Assembly (NCBI GenBank): GCA_963663805.2
Contig: CAXXMR010000009.1
Coordinates: 1-64,000, forward strand
From: Sedimentisphaerales bacterium
GTDB lineage: Bacteria > Planctomycetota > Phycisphaerae > Sedimentisphaerales > SM23-30
DNA length: 64,000 bases
Reading direction: 5' to 3'
In this document: piece by piece, positions 11,258 to 21,567 of the stretch
Position numbering within the stretch: position 1 is the stretch's first letter
How the letters are laid out: every line of letters starts with the position of its first letter
Program-made: the position numbers and the translations under genes
Notes under the pieces: generated by a model
Seen by the model: only the letters and a program-made list of their open reading frames with translations
Database searches by the model: none
Told to the model about the DNA's origin: nothing

Positions 11258-12094
11258 TTGGAAATGCAATCTGATATTTTGGACATAGACATAAATATGG
11301 CCCTGGAGGTCCAGAAGGCTTCCCTATTCATCTCGCGCGGAGTGGGCAGGCATATTGACCGGGTCATAGATTTCTGGGAGCTGATTTTTGTTAAAAGCGG
11401 CGAGCTGAAAATCCGCGAAGGTGACCACGATTTTACGGTAAAGCCAAATCAATCCCTGATTCTTTGGCCCGGCCGGCGCCATTACGGAACCGCGACATAT
11501 GGCAGGGATCTGGCTTTCTATTGGGTGCATTTTGTTTTTGAGCCGATAGAGGATATGCAAAATTTTATTTCCATTAATCAATATTCAACTCCGCAACGGC
11601 CTGATACGATAAAGGAATTGCTGCATAAGCTGATGGTGGATATGAAGGATAATCGAGCGGATTCTTTTTCTTTGAATCTGCTGATTAAGATGATTTTCTG
11701 GGAAGTCTCACGTCAGAGTGAAACACGGAATGCCCCGGACGACCCTGCCTTTGCTCTGGCCCGGAAAACCAGAACGTTTATACTCCGGCATTGTGACGAA
11801 AAAATCTCTGCTTCTTCGGTGGCAGATTCTTTGAGATACAATCCCGATTATCTGGGTCGGGTTTATAAAAAAGTATATGGCATGTCGGTAACAGAGGCGA
11901 TTCTTACTGAGAAAATCCGCGAAGCCCGCGATCTGCTCGCCAACAGCAATCTAACCGTAGACGAAATTTCCAATCGATGTGGTTTCAGTGACGATTGCTA
12001 TTTTCGGCGAGTTTTCAAGCAGCGTACAGGCTTTAGCCCGTTGAAATACCGGAAGCACCGCGATCAGAGGCAAATCGACTGGCGTTGCAGTTAA
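11258..12094 (+). CDS. AraC family transcriptional regulator
   Basis: N-terminal cupin-like region (ELIFV..G, YWVHF); C-terminal HTH CGFSDDCYFRRVFKQRTGFSP. Confidence 0.92.
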   Translation: MEMQSDILDIDINMALEVQKASLFISRGVGRHIDRVIDFWELIFVKSGELKIREGDHDFTVKPNQSLILWPGRRHYGTATYGRDLAFYWVHFVFEPIEDMQNFISINQYSTPQRPDTIKELLHKLMVDMKDNRADSFSLNLLIKMIFWEVSRQSETRNAPDDPAFALARKTRTFILRHCDEKISASSVADSLRYNPDYLGRVYKKVYGMSVTEAILTEKIREARDLLANSNLTVDEISNRCGFSDDCYFRRVFKQRTGFSPLKYRKHRDQRQIDWRCS

Positions 12095-12195
12095 AGAAAC
12101 CGGAGTGGATAAACGGCCACGTCGTGTAGGTGAAGGGTGATTAATTTTGGTGCTTGATGGTTGAACCCCGTCATTGGTTATCATATAATAAGCAT

Positions 12196-13509
12196 ATGAG
12201 CCAGATAGAATATAATAAGCAAATCGAAGTCAGATATGAGGTTGATGTTTTTGTGGCCGGGGGGGGCTCGGCTGGGGTTGCCGCGGCGGTGACTGCTGTT
12301 CGTCAGGGCAGGTCGGTTTTTTTGGCAGAAGGGCATAGCTGTCTGGGGGGTATGGGTACGGCTGGTCTGGTGCCGCTGTTTATGCAGTTCGGCGATGGTG
12401 AGCATTTTCTGGCTGATGGTTTGGGTCGGGAAGTTTTTGAGCGGGTACTCAAGGCGGGCGGCAGGCTTTATCGTGAAAAATATTTGGCGATTCCTTCGGA
12501 AAAGCTGAAAAGAATCTATGACGATATGGTTGTTTCAAACTCAGTTTGTCTGAGTTTGCAAACATTGCTGGTGGGTGTGGTGCAGGGTGATAAGGGGATA
12601 GAATACGCGGTATGTCGCGGTTCGGGTGGGTTGTTCGCGGTGCGGGCCAGGGCTTATGTGGATTGTACCGGAAACGGCGATTTAGCGGCGGAAGCCGGGG
12701 CGGAATTTGAGATTGGTGATAAGCAGGGGGCGGTTATGCCGTCCACGCTTTGCAGTATCTGGGCGAATATCGACTGGGAAAAAGCCGGCGACCCTACTTT
12801 GCAGGAAATTTTGATACTTCTGGATAAGGCGTTTCGGGACAAAGTTTTTACGGTTGAGGACCGTCATCATTCAGGTATGGCCCAGACAGGTGTCACTCTG
12901 GGCAGTGCGAATATAGGTCATATATTCGATTTTGACCCGCTGGATGAGATGTCGGTAACGAGCGCTTATGTGGCAGGGCGGAAGTATCTGCCGGAATATG
13001 AGCATTTCTATAAGCATTATGTGAAGGGTTTTGCAAAGGCGGAGCTGGTTTCCAGTGCTTCTCTTTTGGGGATAAGGGAGAGTCGTCGGGTAATCGGCGA
13101 TTATGTTTTGAGTTCCGATGATTATTTTGCCCGTCGTCAGTTCGCGGACCAGGTGGGTGGGTATTGCTATGAAATTGATATTCATCCGGGCAGCAGTGAC
13201 CAGAGTGAATTTGCTCGTTTCACCAGTGAAATTGGAGCATCGAAATACAAGCCGGGCGAGTATTACGGCATTCCTTATCGTTGTTTGACGGCGCGTGGTA
13301 TTGATAATTTGTGGGTGGCTGGTCGCTGTCTATCGGCAGATAAGATTATGCAAAGTTCGCTTCGCGTTATGCCGGGCTGTTTTATAACGGGTCAGGCCGC
13401 GGGGATGGCAGCGTCACTTGCCGTCGCGCATGGTTGGGGTACTAAACAGGTAGACGTACCGGAGCTACAGCGTAAACTTGGCGAAGCCGGGGCATTTCTG
13501 GGTGTTTGA
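12196..13509 (+). CDS. FAD-dependent oxidoreductase (FAD_oxidored family)
   Basis: DVFVAGGGSAG, LGGMGTAG, DCTGNGD, IRESRR, IPYRCL, NLWVAGRC, RVMPGC..TGQAAG. Confidence 0.88.
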   Translation: MSQIEYNKQIEVRYEVDVFVAGGGSAGVAAAVTAVRQGRSVFLAEGHSCLGGMGTAGLVPLFMQFGDGEHFLADGLGREVFERVLKAGGRLYREKYLAIPSEKLKRIYDDMVVSNSVCLSLQTLLVGVVQGDKGIEYAVCRGSGGLFAVRARAYVDCTGNGDLAAEAGAEFEIGDKQGAVMPSTLCSIWANIDWEKAGDPTLQEILILLDKAFRDKVFTVEDRHHSGMAQTGVTLGSANIGHIFDFDPLDEMSVTSAYVAGRKYLPEYEHFYKHYVKGFAKAELVSSASLLGIRESRRVIGDYVLSSDDYFARRQFADQVGGYCYEIDIHPGSSDQSEFARFTSEIGASKYKPGEYYGIPYRCLTARGIDNLWVAGRCLSADKIMQSSLRVMPGCFITGQAAGMAASLAVAHGWGTKQVDVPELQRKLGEAGAFLGV

Positions 13510-13527
13510 AACAATCAAGGCTGCTTT

Positions 13528-15185
13528 TTATTGCAGCCAGAATTCCGCTAATATACTCAGGTCATCAAGATTGACGGTGTTGTCGCCATTTACATCGCCG
13601 GGCGATTGGGGGTTGGTAGTCTGGAAGTTTTCGGAAAAAGCCGCGAAGTCGGCGAAATCGGCGGCATGGTCACCGTTGTAATCGAGGATTCCGGTGTGGG
13701 TCTGTCTCAGGAAATAGTCGTCGGCGATTCTGTTTCTGTACAGCGATTGATAAGGTTCTTGGAGCAGGCAATTATAGTCGGCATCGTGGATGTAGAACCA
13801 AACCTGGGCTTTAATCATGGGGTAATTGTGCTGGATGTCAAACCACTGGTTAATCCATTCCACGCCGTCTACGCCATCTTTGGGACGGAAGGCACCTTCG
13901 CTAATCATCATGGGCTTGTACGAATATGTACCGTAAAAATCAAATGCCCCGGTTCCGGCTGTGCCGGTCAGGATATTGTTGGGATAGGGCGTTGTACCTG
14001 GACATAGAGGCTCAGGCCGACCCAGTCGACATACTGGTCGCCGGGATAATATTTGTCGGGCATGTGTTCTGTGCCGTTATAGGTGTAGCCGTTGGGTGAC
14101 CAGAGGAAGATGTGGTGGTCGGCTGCTCCGACCTGCTCGGCGACATTATACATTCTGCGCCAGGCCCGGCGGAAATTCAGCGGGTCGCCGCCCCAGGCCG
14201 CGGTATTGCCGGGGAAGGTCCAGCCTCCGTTCATTTCGCTCAAGGGGCGGAACCAGACGGGGTCGTCATTGCCTCCGCGATACGAATAGAAAATCGATTC
14301 AAGGAAAAAGGTCGTAAAATATGAATCGTAATAACCGCTGGCGACATTTTGGGCGGTGATATTTGCTTCGGGTTCCCAGCCGACCTGAAGATAGCGTGCC
14401 CCGGCATAATCCAGGTCGAGCGACAAGCCATATTGCGAAGTCCAGAGCGGGGCTAAATAGGAACTGAAATCGGAAGCTCCCATATTGGCGTACCACAGTG
14501 CCATGGAGGACTGCTTTTGTGAGATAGCTTCATAGTCACGGATTTGCAGATAGCAGTACGAACTGGACGGGTAGGCCCCTTGATAAGTTCCCCAGTCGGG
14601 TACTTCCTTCCAACTGTTGACGATGTCGCCGTAGACTTCAATTTCGCTAATGAACATGTGCGAATCGACCGGCCCGTCAAGTTCGTATTTTACAAAACGA
14701 GCCTGTTCTGTCAGGTTGTCATGTCCTATCCAAACCGGGTTATAGCTTTGCGAGTCGGTCCACGGTCCCAGTGAAGTCCCGCATTGCTGCCATGATTCAC
14801 TTGTTGATTGTCGGGTATAAATGCGAATCTGGTCGGGCAGTTTAATGCCGTAGTCCAGACGTGAACAGAGCCGGATTCGTATTTCATCTATGTTGTATAC
14901 CTTGCCCAAATCAAGGACGATTTCGAGTGTGTAGGCTTCATAGCCCAGCCAGTCTATCCATTGGTCCAGGGGCCAGGTTTGGCCGAGGTCTTCGTCGGTG
15001 AGTTTGGCGCCGCTGCACCACTGGTTGGGCCAGTGGTCAGGATATGATGTGTGGGGTGTCATGTTCCAGGTGTAGAATTTACCGACGCTGATGTTGCCGT
15101 GGGTGGTGGCTGGGCCGGTCAGTGCGTAAGAGGTTGAAGCTGAAATTAAAACGGTAATCAGCAGAGTTAAAGTCATGTTTCTCAT
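13528..15185 (-). CDS. Secreted GH26 glycoside hydrolase with N-terminal discoidin/F5-8-like domain and C-terminal dockerin-like tail; frameshift near 13990
   Basis: Signal peptide; IVLDLG...ARFVK...SEIEVYG; RPLSEMNG, WSPN, YYPGDQYVDWVG; second frame continues KPMMISEG and ends GDVNGDNTVNLDDL..WL. Confidence 0.8.
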
Positions 15186-15201
15186 TATAAATCCTCCTGG
15201 A

Positions 15202-16308
15202 TTATTCCGGTTGGGTGTTAAGTATTTGGCCTAAAGACGGGGCCAGTTGGCCGGTGATTTTTTCAAAGCCGGTATCGAGCATGTGAATGCCATCAGCGGT
15301 GGGATGATTTTTGCCGGTCGGAATTATGGCTCCGGCATCGAACAGGTAGATATTTTTGTCACCGGCGGCCTTCATTTTTTCGTAGGTTTCAAACAGCGGT
15401 TTGTGCTGCTCGATATATTCCTGAGCCTGGGCAGGTTCGACTTCATACGCGAAGTGGATTTTGGTCATCAGGACAATAGGGGTTTCGGGCTTGTTTTTAC
15501 GCAGGAGTCCGATGAGGTTTTCGTATCTTTCCTGCATTATTTTGGTATTCATGTTCGCGACAGAATCAATTACGTAAATCGAAGCGTCGATTTGTGACAT
15601 TAATTCTGCCATAATTGGTTCGCCGCAGCCGCTGCCGGAAAAGCCGAGATTGACCACATCGCAATTAAGCTGGCGGCTTATTCGTGAGACAAAAGTATTC
15701 GCCCCACGACCTGCACACGCCCCCTGAGTGATTGAGGTGCCGTAAAAAACGATAGGTTTTTCATATTGGTAGGGGGTTGGTGTGGCCAGCGTTGCGTCGT
15801 CGTTAATTCCGATAGATAATTCGCTTAGTTCGGCGTAGGTGGGCAGGTAAAGCGTGAATTCGCGTGTTTTTTTTGCGAGGTTTTCAAAATATATGTGTTC
15901 GTATGCTTCGCTGCCGCTTTGGGGGTTGGTGGTCTTCCAGAAGGTCATGTTTTCGGGCGGGCCGATGTATAAGTCAATGCCGCTGACCGCTACGGAACTC
16001 ATGTGCCACATAGCCAATCGGTCGGAATTTTCCATACCGTGGCAGATACGCAGCTTTAACGACGATGAGTCGGTTTTGAATCTGACGCGTGCTCCGCTGG
16101 GACATTTCGACATCCACCATGCGGCAGGAGTAATATTATCTTTTTCGACGAGCGGCAGGCGGATAAACTGCCTGTCGTTTTGCTGATACCAGGGCAGGCC
16201 GTTGACGGCAATTTGCTCTGAAGTTTTGACATCAATCCACTTTGTTTGCGAATAAGACATGTTACAGATTAATGCTATCAGTAATGTTATCAGCCCGGTT
16301 AGTTTCAT
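15202..16308 (-). CDS. SGNH/GDSL hydrolase with GxDLY N-terminal domain (putative esterase)
   Basis: Signal peptide; SGIDLY, YGTSITQG, NLGFSG, DGIH. Confidence 0.88.
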   Translation of the reverse strand: MKLTGLITLLIALICNMSYSQTKWIDVKTSEQIAVNGLPWYQQNDRQFIRLPLVEKDNITPAAWWMSKCPSGARVRFKTDSSSLKLRICHGMENSDRLAMWHMSSVAVSGIDLYIGPPENMTFWKTTNPQSGSEAYEHIYFENLAKKTREFTLYLPTYAELSELSIGINDDATLATPTPYQYEKPIVFYGTSITQGACAGRGANTFVSRISRQLNCDVVNLGFSGSGCGEPIMAELMSQIDASIYVIDSVANMNTKIMQERYENLIGLLRKNKPETPIVLMTKIHFAYEVEPAQAQEYIEQHKPLFETYEKMKAAGDKNIYLFDAGAIIPTGKNHPTADGIHMLDTGFEKITGQLAPSLGQILNTQPE

Positions 16309-16321
16309 AGCAGTATGACTC

Positions 16322-17245
16322 TCATTTAAAGGTCAGGGTTCGCGAAGGTACTCTGCCGATGCCTTTGACCTCTATGCGGTCGGGGTAAAATTCAAAAATC
16401 GCGTAAGCGTTGGTGTCAGGGGTAGCCATCATGCCGTTCATAATGAGGAAATGTTTGCCTTCGTAGAATAAATAGCCTCCGCTATGGTCATGTCCGCAGA
16501 TGTAGGCGACGAAATTTTTATGATAGCGCAGGGCGCGAGCCATTTTTTCTCCATCCCAGGCGGTCAGGGCAGGTTCGGGAGAAATAAAGGGGTAATGGCC
16601 GAAAACGACAACTTTTTCGCCATTTTTCTCGGCATCACTGATGGTTTTCTCAATCCATAGATGCTGTTCTTTGGACATCATGCCGTTCCAGGGCAGGGCG
16701 TTGGAATGTTTGCCCTGTTTTAGTTCGTCGAGTTTGTCTTGGGCCAGTTTATGTTCGGCGCTGTCTTGCGGATGCGAAAAGACATTCAGCTCAACGGTAT
16801 CTATCACAACAAAACGCCAGTTTTTGTATTTGAAATCGTAATACGGCTTCTTCAGCGATAATTTTTGCATAACCTGTTCGACGGGCGCGGTGTCCTGGAG
16901 TTCATGGTTGCCCATGACATGATATTTTGGAGCTTTGATTTTGGCCCAGATTTTCAGCATCGGGTCGAAACTTTCCATATCCTGGTCTACCAGGTCGCCG
17001 AGCTGAATGACAAAGTCCAAATTTTGCGAATTGAAATATTCAACGCAATCCTCGAACTTCCACAATGACGGCCGATAATAAGAATCATACTGAGGGACGG
17101 GGTCTTTGTCGGCGTATTGGACATCCGCGACCACTCCGATTGAAAACAGCGGTTTATCTGCCATCTTTGCTTTTCCTGATATGCCGCAGCCACTTATTGT
17201 CAGGGCCAATAATATCAATCCTGTACTTACTAAAAATGTTTTCAT
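16322..17245 (-). CDS. Metallophosphoesterase lipoprotein (ADP-ribose/CDP-alcohol diphosphatase-like)
   Basis: Lipobox ISGC; ADVQY, LGDLVD, GNHE, FGHYP, GHDH. Confidence 0.85.
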   Translation of the reverse strand: MKTFLVSTGLILLALTISGCGISGKAKMADKPLFSIGVVADVQYADKDPVPQYDSYYRPSLWKFEDCVEYFNSQNLDFVIQLGDLVDQDMESFDPMLKIWAKIKAPKYHVMGNHELQDTAPVEQVMQKLSLKKPYYDFKYKNWRFVVIDTVELNVFSHPQDSAEHKLAQDKLDELKQGKHSNALPWNGMMSKEQHLWIEKTISDAEKNGEKVVVFGHYPFISPEPALTAWDGEKMARALRYHKNFVAYICGHDHSGGYLFYEGKHFLIMNGMMATPDTNAYAIFEFYPDRIEVKGIGRVPSRTLTFK

Positions 17246-17253
17246 TGCGTTAA

Positions 17254-18927
17254 TTATTCCTCTGATTCCGGATTGCGGTCATTGAGCCAGTTTTCCGAAA
17301 TCGCTCCGAAATCGTGTAAGTCTATTCGGGCATCGCCCACGATATTATTTAGCGAGTCATCTTGCAGCCAGTCATTGCACATAATGGATAAATCGGTAAT
17401 ATCAACGATGCAGTCCTGATTAATATCGGCAATATCCCCCAGGCCCGACTTCCAGAGTTGGCCGCAGGTTGCCAGTACGTCCAGGCTGCCGTCGGGACTG
17501 TGGCAAATATCATCGATGTACAATTCCACATCTGCGTCAGGTCCGAAAATCTGGATACTGTCCAGCGTAAATGTTGAGCCGGTTAGCTCATCATCACCGT
17601 TATACCAGCCTTCCCATGCCGCAGCGTCCTCCAGATTCCACTGATAGCAATGCCAGTAGCCGTCGTTATTCACAGCCAAAGGCAGACCGCGTTCCATCTG
17701 ACTGTCATTGTCCAGGCAGATTGATATACGAACATCCGGCGAGCTGGTTTTCAGCCATAAACCCACATAACCTTCTAAAGGCCGAGAGATATTCTGGGAT
17801 GGACTGGCCGATGCGCCCGAAACCCAGCGGACAAACCAGCCGCCTTGAGGATTATCCGCCACGGCTGTCAGGGCGGGGTTGTCAGCAATTGTGATAAGCT
17901 CAGCCCAACTGCCGTTCCAGGCGTCGGTTTCAACAGCCGCAGCGGTAGAGTTCGCGGCGATAATGCCGGCGGTACTGCCGGAATAACCGGGCGCGTAGGC
18001 GAAAGTGCCTTCGTCTCCGCTTTCAAAGCTGTTGAAGATAATCTTTTCTACCGGCTGGGTATTTATCTGCGCAAATACCGCAAGGTTGTTGCCGGTACTG
18101 CGCATCGAGTAAGGTGTGCCGCCATTTATAGGTACATTTATTAAGCGGGCGGTTGGGTCAGCGAAAACCATGGTTGATGACCCGCCGCCGTCAAGATTGA
18201 TTCCCTGAGTAACGTCGAATTCGAGAAGCAGGTCCGCTACTTCACTAACGTACATGCCTTCGCTGAAACCATTTTGTCGGCCATCCACGGTCAGCAGCAC
18301 CAGAACGTTGTTGTCGGTGATGCCTGCGGCGCTGCGTGGGTGCAAAGCGGTATTGATATCCCAGTTGCTTACGTTTTTAACGCCGTTTCGGACAATCCAT
18401 TCGCTGCCCGCTATCGCGTTATACACTTCGACACCCAGCGGGGCCACATACTGGCCTATCGGAAAACTGGGGACGGGGTAGATTATGTTTGCCTGATTAG
18501 TGCTGGAAATATTTAGTGAAACATAAGGTGTAGGCCAGCCGGACCATTGGGTGAAATATGAGTAAGTATCACCGTTAGAAGCGGCATAGCCCATCACGTC
18601 GCAGCCGCTGACATTGTTATCCCAGAAAAAGAATCCGCCGTTGATACCGATCTGAGCGTTTTCCTGTTCGACAAAAGCCTTTACGGTCTGCAAATTCGTT
18701 TCGCCGCCAGCCGAGCCGTTTGAGGGAGTTGCCTTAAAACTTATACCTTCGGCAGCGAGGTCAATCATGGCAATATTAATATTCAGCGGTCGGGGACTGC
18801 TCAGGGTGCGATGGATATGAGTCACGCCGATAAAAGGATTGGTCGTAACATCAACGGCCTGGAGCGGGCATGTCATAATCAGCATGACGACCGACAGCAG
18901 GATAATTTTGGCAGGGGTGATTCTCAT
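17254..18927 (-). CDS. Phosphodiester glycosidase (NAGPA family) with C-terminal dockerin-like tail
   Basis: Signal peptide; INGGFF, HPRSAAG, VDGRQ..SEG, NLDGGGSS; C-terminal ADINQDCIVDITDL..WL. Confidence 0.88.
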   Translation of the reverse strand: MRITPAKIILLSVVMLIMTCPLQAVDVTTNPFIGVTHIHRTLSSPRPLNINIAMIDLAAEGISFKATPSNGSAGGETNLQTVKAFVEQENAQIGINGGFFFWDNNVSGCDVMGYAASNGDTYSYFTQWSGWPTPYVSLNISSTNQANIIYPVPSFPIGQYVAPLGVEVYNAIAGSEWIVRNGVKNVSNWDINTALHPRSAAGITDNNVLVLLTVDGRQNGFSEGMYVSEVADLLLEFDVTQGINLDGGGSSTMVFADPTARLINVPINGGTPYSMRSTGNNLAVFAQINTQPVEKIIFNSFESGDEGTFAYAPGYSGSTAGIIAANSTAAAVETDAWNGSWAELITIADNPALTAVADNPQGGWFVRWVSGASASPSQNISRPLEGYVGLWLKTSSPDVRISICLDNDSQMERGLPLAVNNDGYWHCYQWNLEDAAAWEGWYNGDDELTGSTFTLDSIQIFGPDADVELYIDDICHSPDGSLDVLATCGQLWKSGLGDIADINQDCIVDITDLSIMCNDWLQDDSLNNIVGDARIDLHDFGAISENWLNDRNPESEE

Positions 18928-18930
18928 GTA

Positions 18931-20420
18931 TTACGTCCTCAGATAAATTTTCTTGCGGGTAAGCGTGCTTATGCCCAGCCCCACCAGGATTACTAATATT
19001 AACGCGGTCACAAAGCCGCCCCAGGGTGATTTTGCACAGATTTTGTTATAATAAACCATCAGGCCGGTAATATGCAGCAGCGGCAAAAGTATATTTGAGC
19101 TGGTCATATAGGCAAACATCGGGTTTTGGCCGACCAGCATGACGAAATTCAGACCCTTTTTCAATCTGAACCTGCTGGTCAAGATCGTTACGCCGATTAT
19201 CGCGAATGTCGCCAGAGCCGAAGTAATAAAATAATAACTCATCGTACTGGGGTCTTTTTTGATACCGCCTTCGTACGGTTCAAAGATCAAACCTGCTATA
19301 TACCAGGCCATGCCCCAGTTAAACAGATACCGCAGCATTTTTTCGTCCGTTTTTGGGGTTTGTTAAGAAGCATGAAACCCGCCAAGGCCATAACAACAGA
19401 CAAGCCGACCAAAACGCTTACCCATCTTCCCTGTAAACAAATCAGAGTTGAGATAATCACCGAGACCATTAAAATGACGATAGCGAAGTTTCTGAGTTTG
19501 CCCCAGCCGAACTTGACGCAATCAGTTTTGTCGATGGTCCATTCACGGATTCTGTCGCCGACAATGGTTGCCGGGATAAAAATAAACAGATACTTCAAAA
19601 ACTGCCATTGGAACAACCATCTGAAATTATATATCCAGCTAAAATGTTTATCAGACTCAGCCGGAATAACACTTTTGACAAAGTTTGACCAGACGGAGAT
19701 TTCGGTTTGACTGCCCAACTGATACAGCCAGCCCGACTCAACCGAATAACCCAGTCTTATCGCCAGGAGCAGCAGCAAAAGCACAATTCTATACGTTATG
19801 TTATAGCGTGAGATTACCCAGATGATACTGCCGAAGACCAGCACTGTGGAGAGTACTTTCAGGATTATATCACTTCGGAACAGGCTAAATGCCGCCCCGT
19901 CTTTGTGCCCTGCGATTATGAATATTGACAAAGCAATTGCCAGGCCTGCCCATCGTAGGGCGAGCAGGATTTTCCCCGATAACTTCCAGGGAAATCTGCC
20001 CCATATCATGAACATAACCCCAAACAGCAGCGGTCCAATCCAGTCTGCCGCGCGTTCGGATACGTCCAGTGAATGAGGCCTGGCATGGGCGGCAAATATA
20101 GCGAAGGCTAAAAGCGTTAGGCCTCTCTGGATAATAGAAAAATTTGTTTTGATTATCGATAAGCCGCTGTCCAGTTTTCTCGACAGTGAGAATGGGACAG
20201 CCGCTCCCATCGAAAATATAAAGAATGGGAAAATTAAATCGACCCAAGTAATGCCGGGCCACTCAGGATTGAAGGTATGGCCGGGCGGGGGGCTTTGGGC
20301 GTGATACATCCAGGCGGGCAGACTGCCGAACGGCTCAAAGTTTGCCAGAATCATCGCCAGCATTGCCCAGCCTCTCAGCAGGTCAATACTATCCGCTCTT
20401 TTGTTACTGATTGATACCAT
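18931..20420 (-). CDS. DUF5009 / heparan-alpha-glucosaminide N-acetyltransferase-like membrane protein; frameshift near 19340
   Basis: RADSIDLLRG, LPAWMYHAQ.PPP, GITWVDLIFPFFIFSMG; second frame carries EGGIKKDPSTMSYYF and GQNPMFAY. Confidence 0.8.
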
Positions 20421-20423
20421 CGC

Positions 20424-21428
20424 CTACGACACGATTCTATCGACGCTTTTACGGCTTCTTCGACCGTTGTGAATTTCCGCTGCCGGGGCGAAATTTTTAA
20501 TCACCGCTTCTTTTTCCGTGCCGCTCATTTCCAGCCATTCACAGTATCTGTCATATAGATTGTGGGCCGATGGATAAATTGAGTTTGGGCTCAGGAAGTG
20601 CGAAAACTCGAAGGTGATAAGTTTGTCTGTGCCCGAAGCCGAGGCGTCCTGAATCTTTTTCAGCAGTTTAGGCCAGGGCAGGGGGGGGAACTTAATCAGC
20701 ACATCCCGGTCGAAGGTCTCCACATTGGTCCAACTGGTCAGGCCGTACTTGGCTGCCAGTAAAGAATTAACCGTCAAGTAACTCTTTAGTTCACTGTAAT
20801 CGACATTGCCGTCCTGAAATGCAACTATGTCCACACAATCCTGAATCTCGGCAAAAACCCGGTCCCATTGCTTTTCATGCTCTGACAGAGTAATAGGGTT
20901 TTCGGCAAACTGTTTTTTGCCGTGGATATAGGGCGAAATCAGCACGGGCAAATCTTTGAGTTTTTTTAGATGGCTGCCCAGCTCACGATAAACTTTCATT
21001 ACTTGGGGATTATAGGCATCAATTTCGTGGCTGATATACCAGCCTTTGAGCGAGTTGTAATGACCGTATTTGTGCATCACTTCTTCAGCGAAGGCACGGT
21101 TGATGTCGACTTCGCGTTGATAGTCACCATTTATCCAATATTTGCCGCTGTCGTAAGTGCCGAAAAACAGATTCATTCCAAACTGTTCCGAGTAATCCAG
21201 GAACATATCCAGCAAATCAATGGGCACCGGCATGATATCTCCCTCGGTTTTTTTAATAGTTTCCGACTCGAAGGTGACCGAAGTTTTGTAGCCGTTACGA
21301 ATCACAATAACCGTATCAATGCCGACACGACTCATCGCCTTGAAATCTTCGAACCACTGCTTCCTCCCCCAGTTTGACGAAGGAATATCGTGGCTGATTT
21401 CGTCTATAAATGTACCAGTTAGTTTCAT
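20424..21428 (-). CDS. DUF4434 domain protein (putative TIM-barrel glycoside hydrolase)
   Basis: GTFIDEISHDIP..NWG, GWYISHE, FQDG, NVETFDRD, ITFEFSHFLSP. Confidence 0.8.
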   Translation of the reverse strand: MKLTGTFIDEISHDIPSSNWGRKQWFEDFKAMSRVGIDTVIVIRNGYKTSVTFESETIKKTEGDIMPVPIDLLDMFLDYSEQFGMNLFFGTYDSGKYWINGDYQREVDINRAFAEEVMHKYGHYNSLKGWYISHEIDAYNPQVMKVYRELGSHLKKLKDLPVLISPYIHGKKQFAENPITLSEHEKQWDRVFAEIQDCVDIVAFQDGNVDYSELKSYLTVNSLLAAKYGLTSWTNVETFDRDVLIKFPPLPWPKLLKKIQDASASGTDKLITFEFSHFLSPNSIYPSAHNLYDRYCEWLEMSGTEKEAVIKNFAPAAEIHNGRRSRKSVDRIVS

Positions 21429-21567
21429 CTACAATCCCTGTGAACCAATAAATACTATTTTCAGTCCCAACAGTCTCACACCAGTCCGAGAATATCTGGC
21501 AATCAGAGCCTTGATTGACATTTTTGCCAGTGATTCACACAGGCTGACTTTGACTTTTGCCGGTTTT

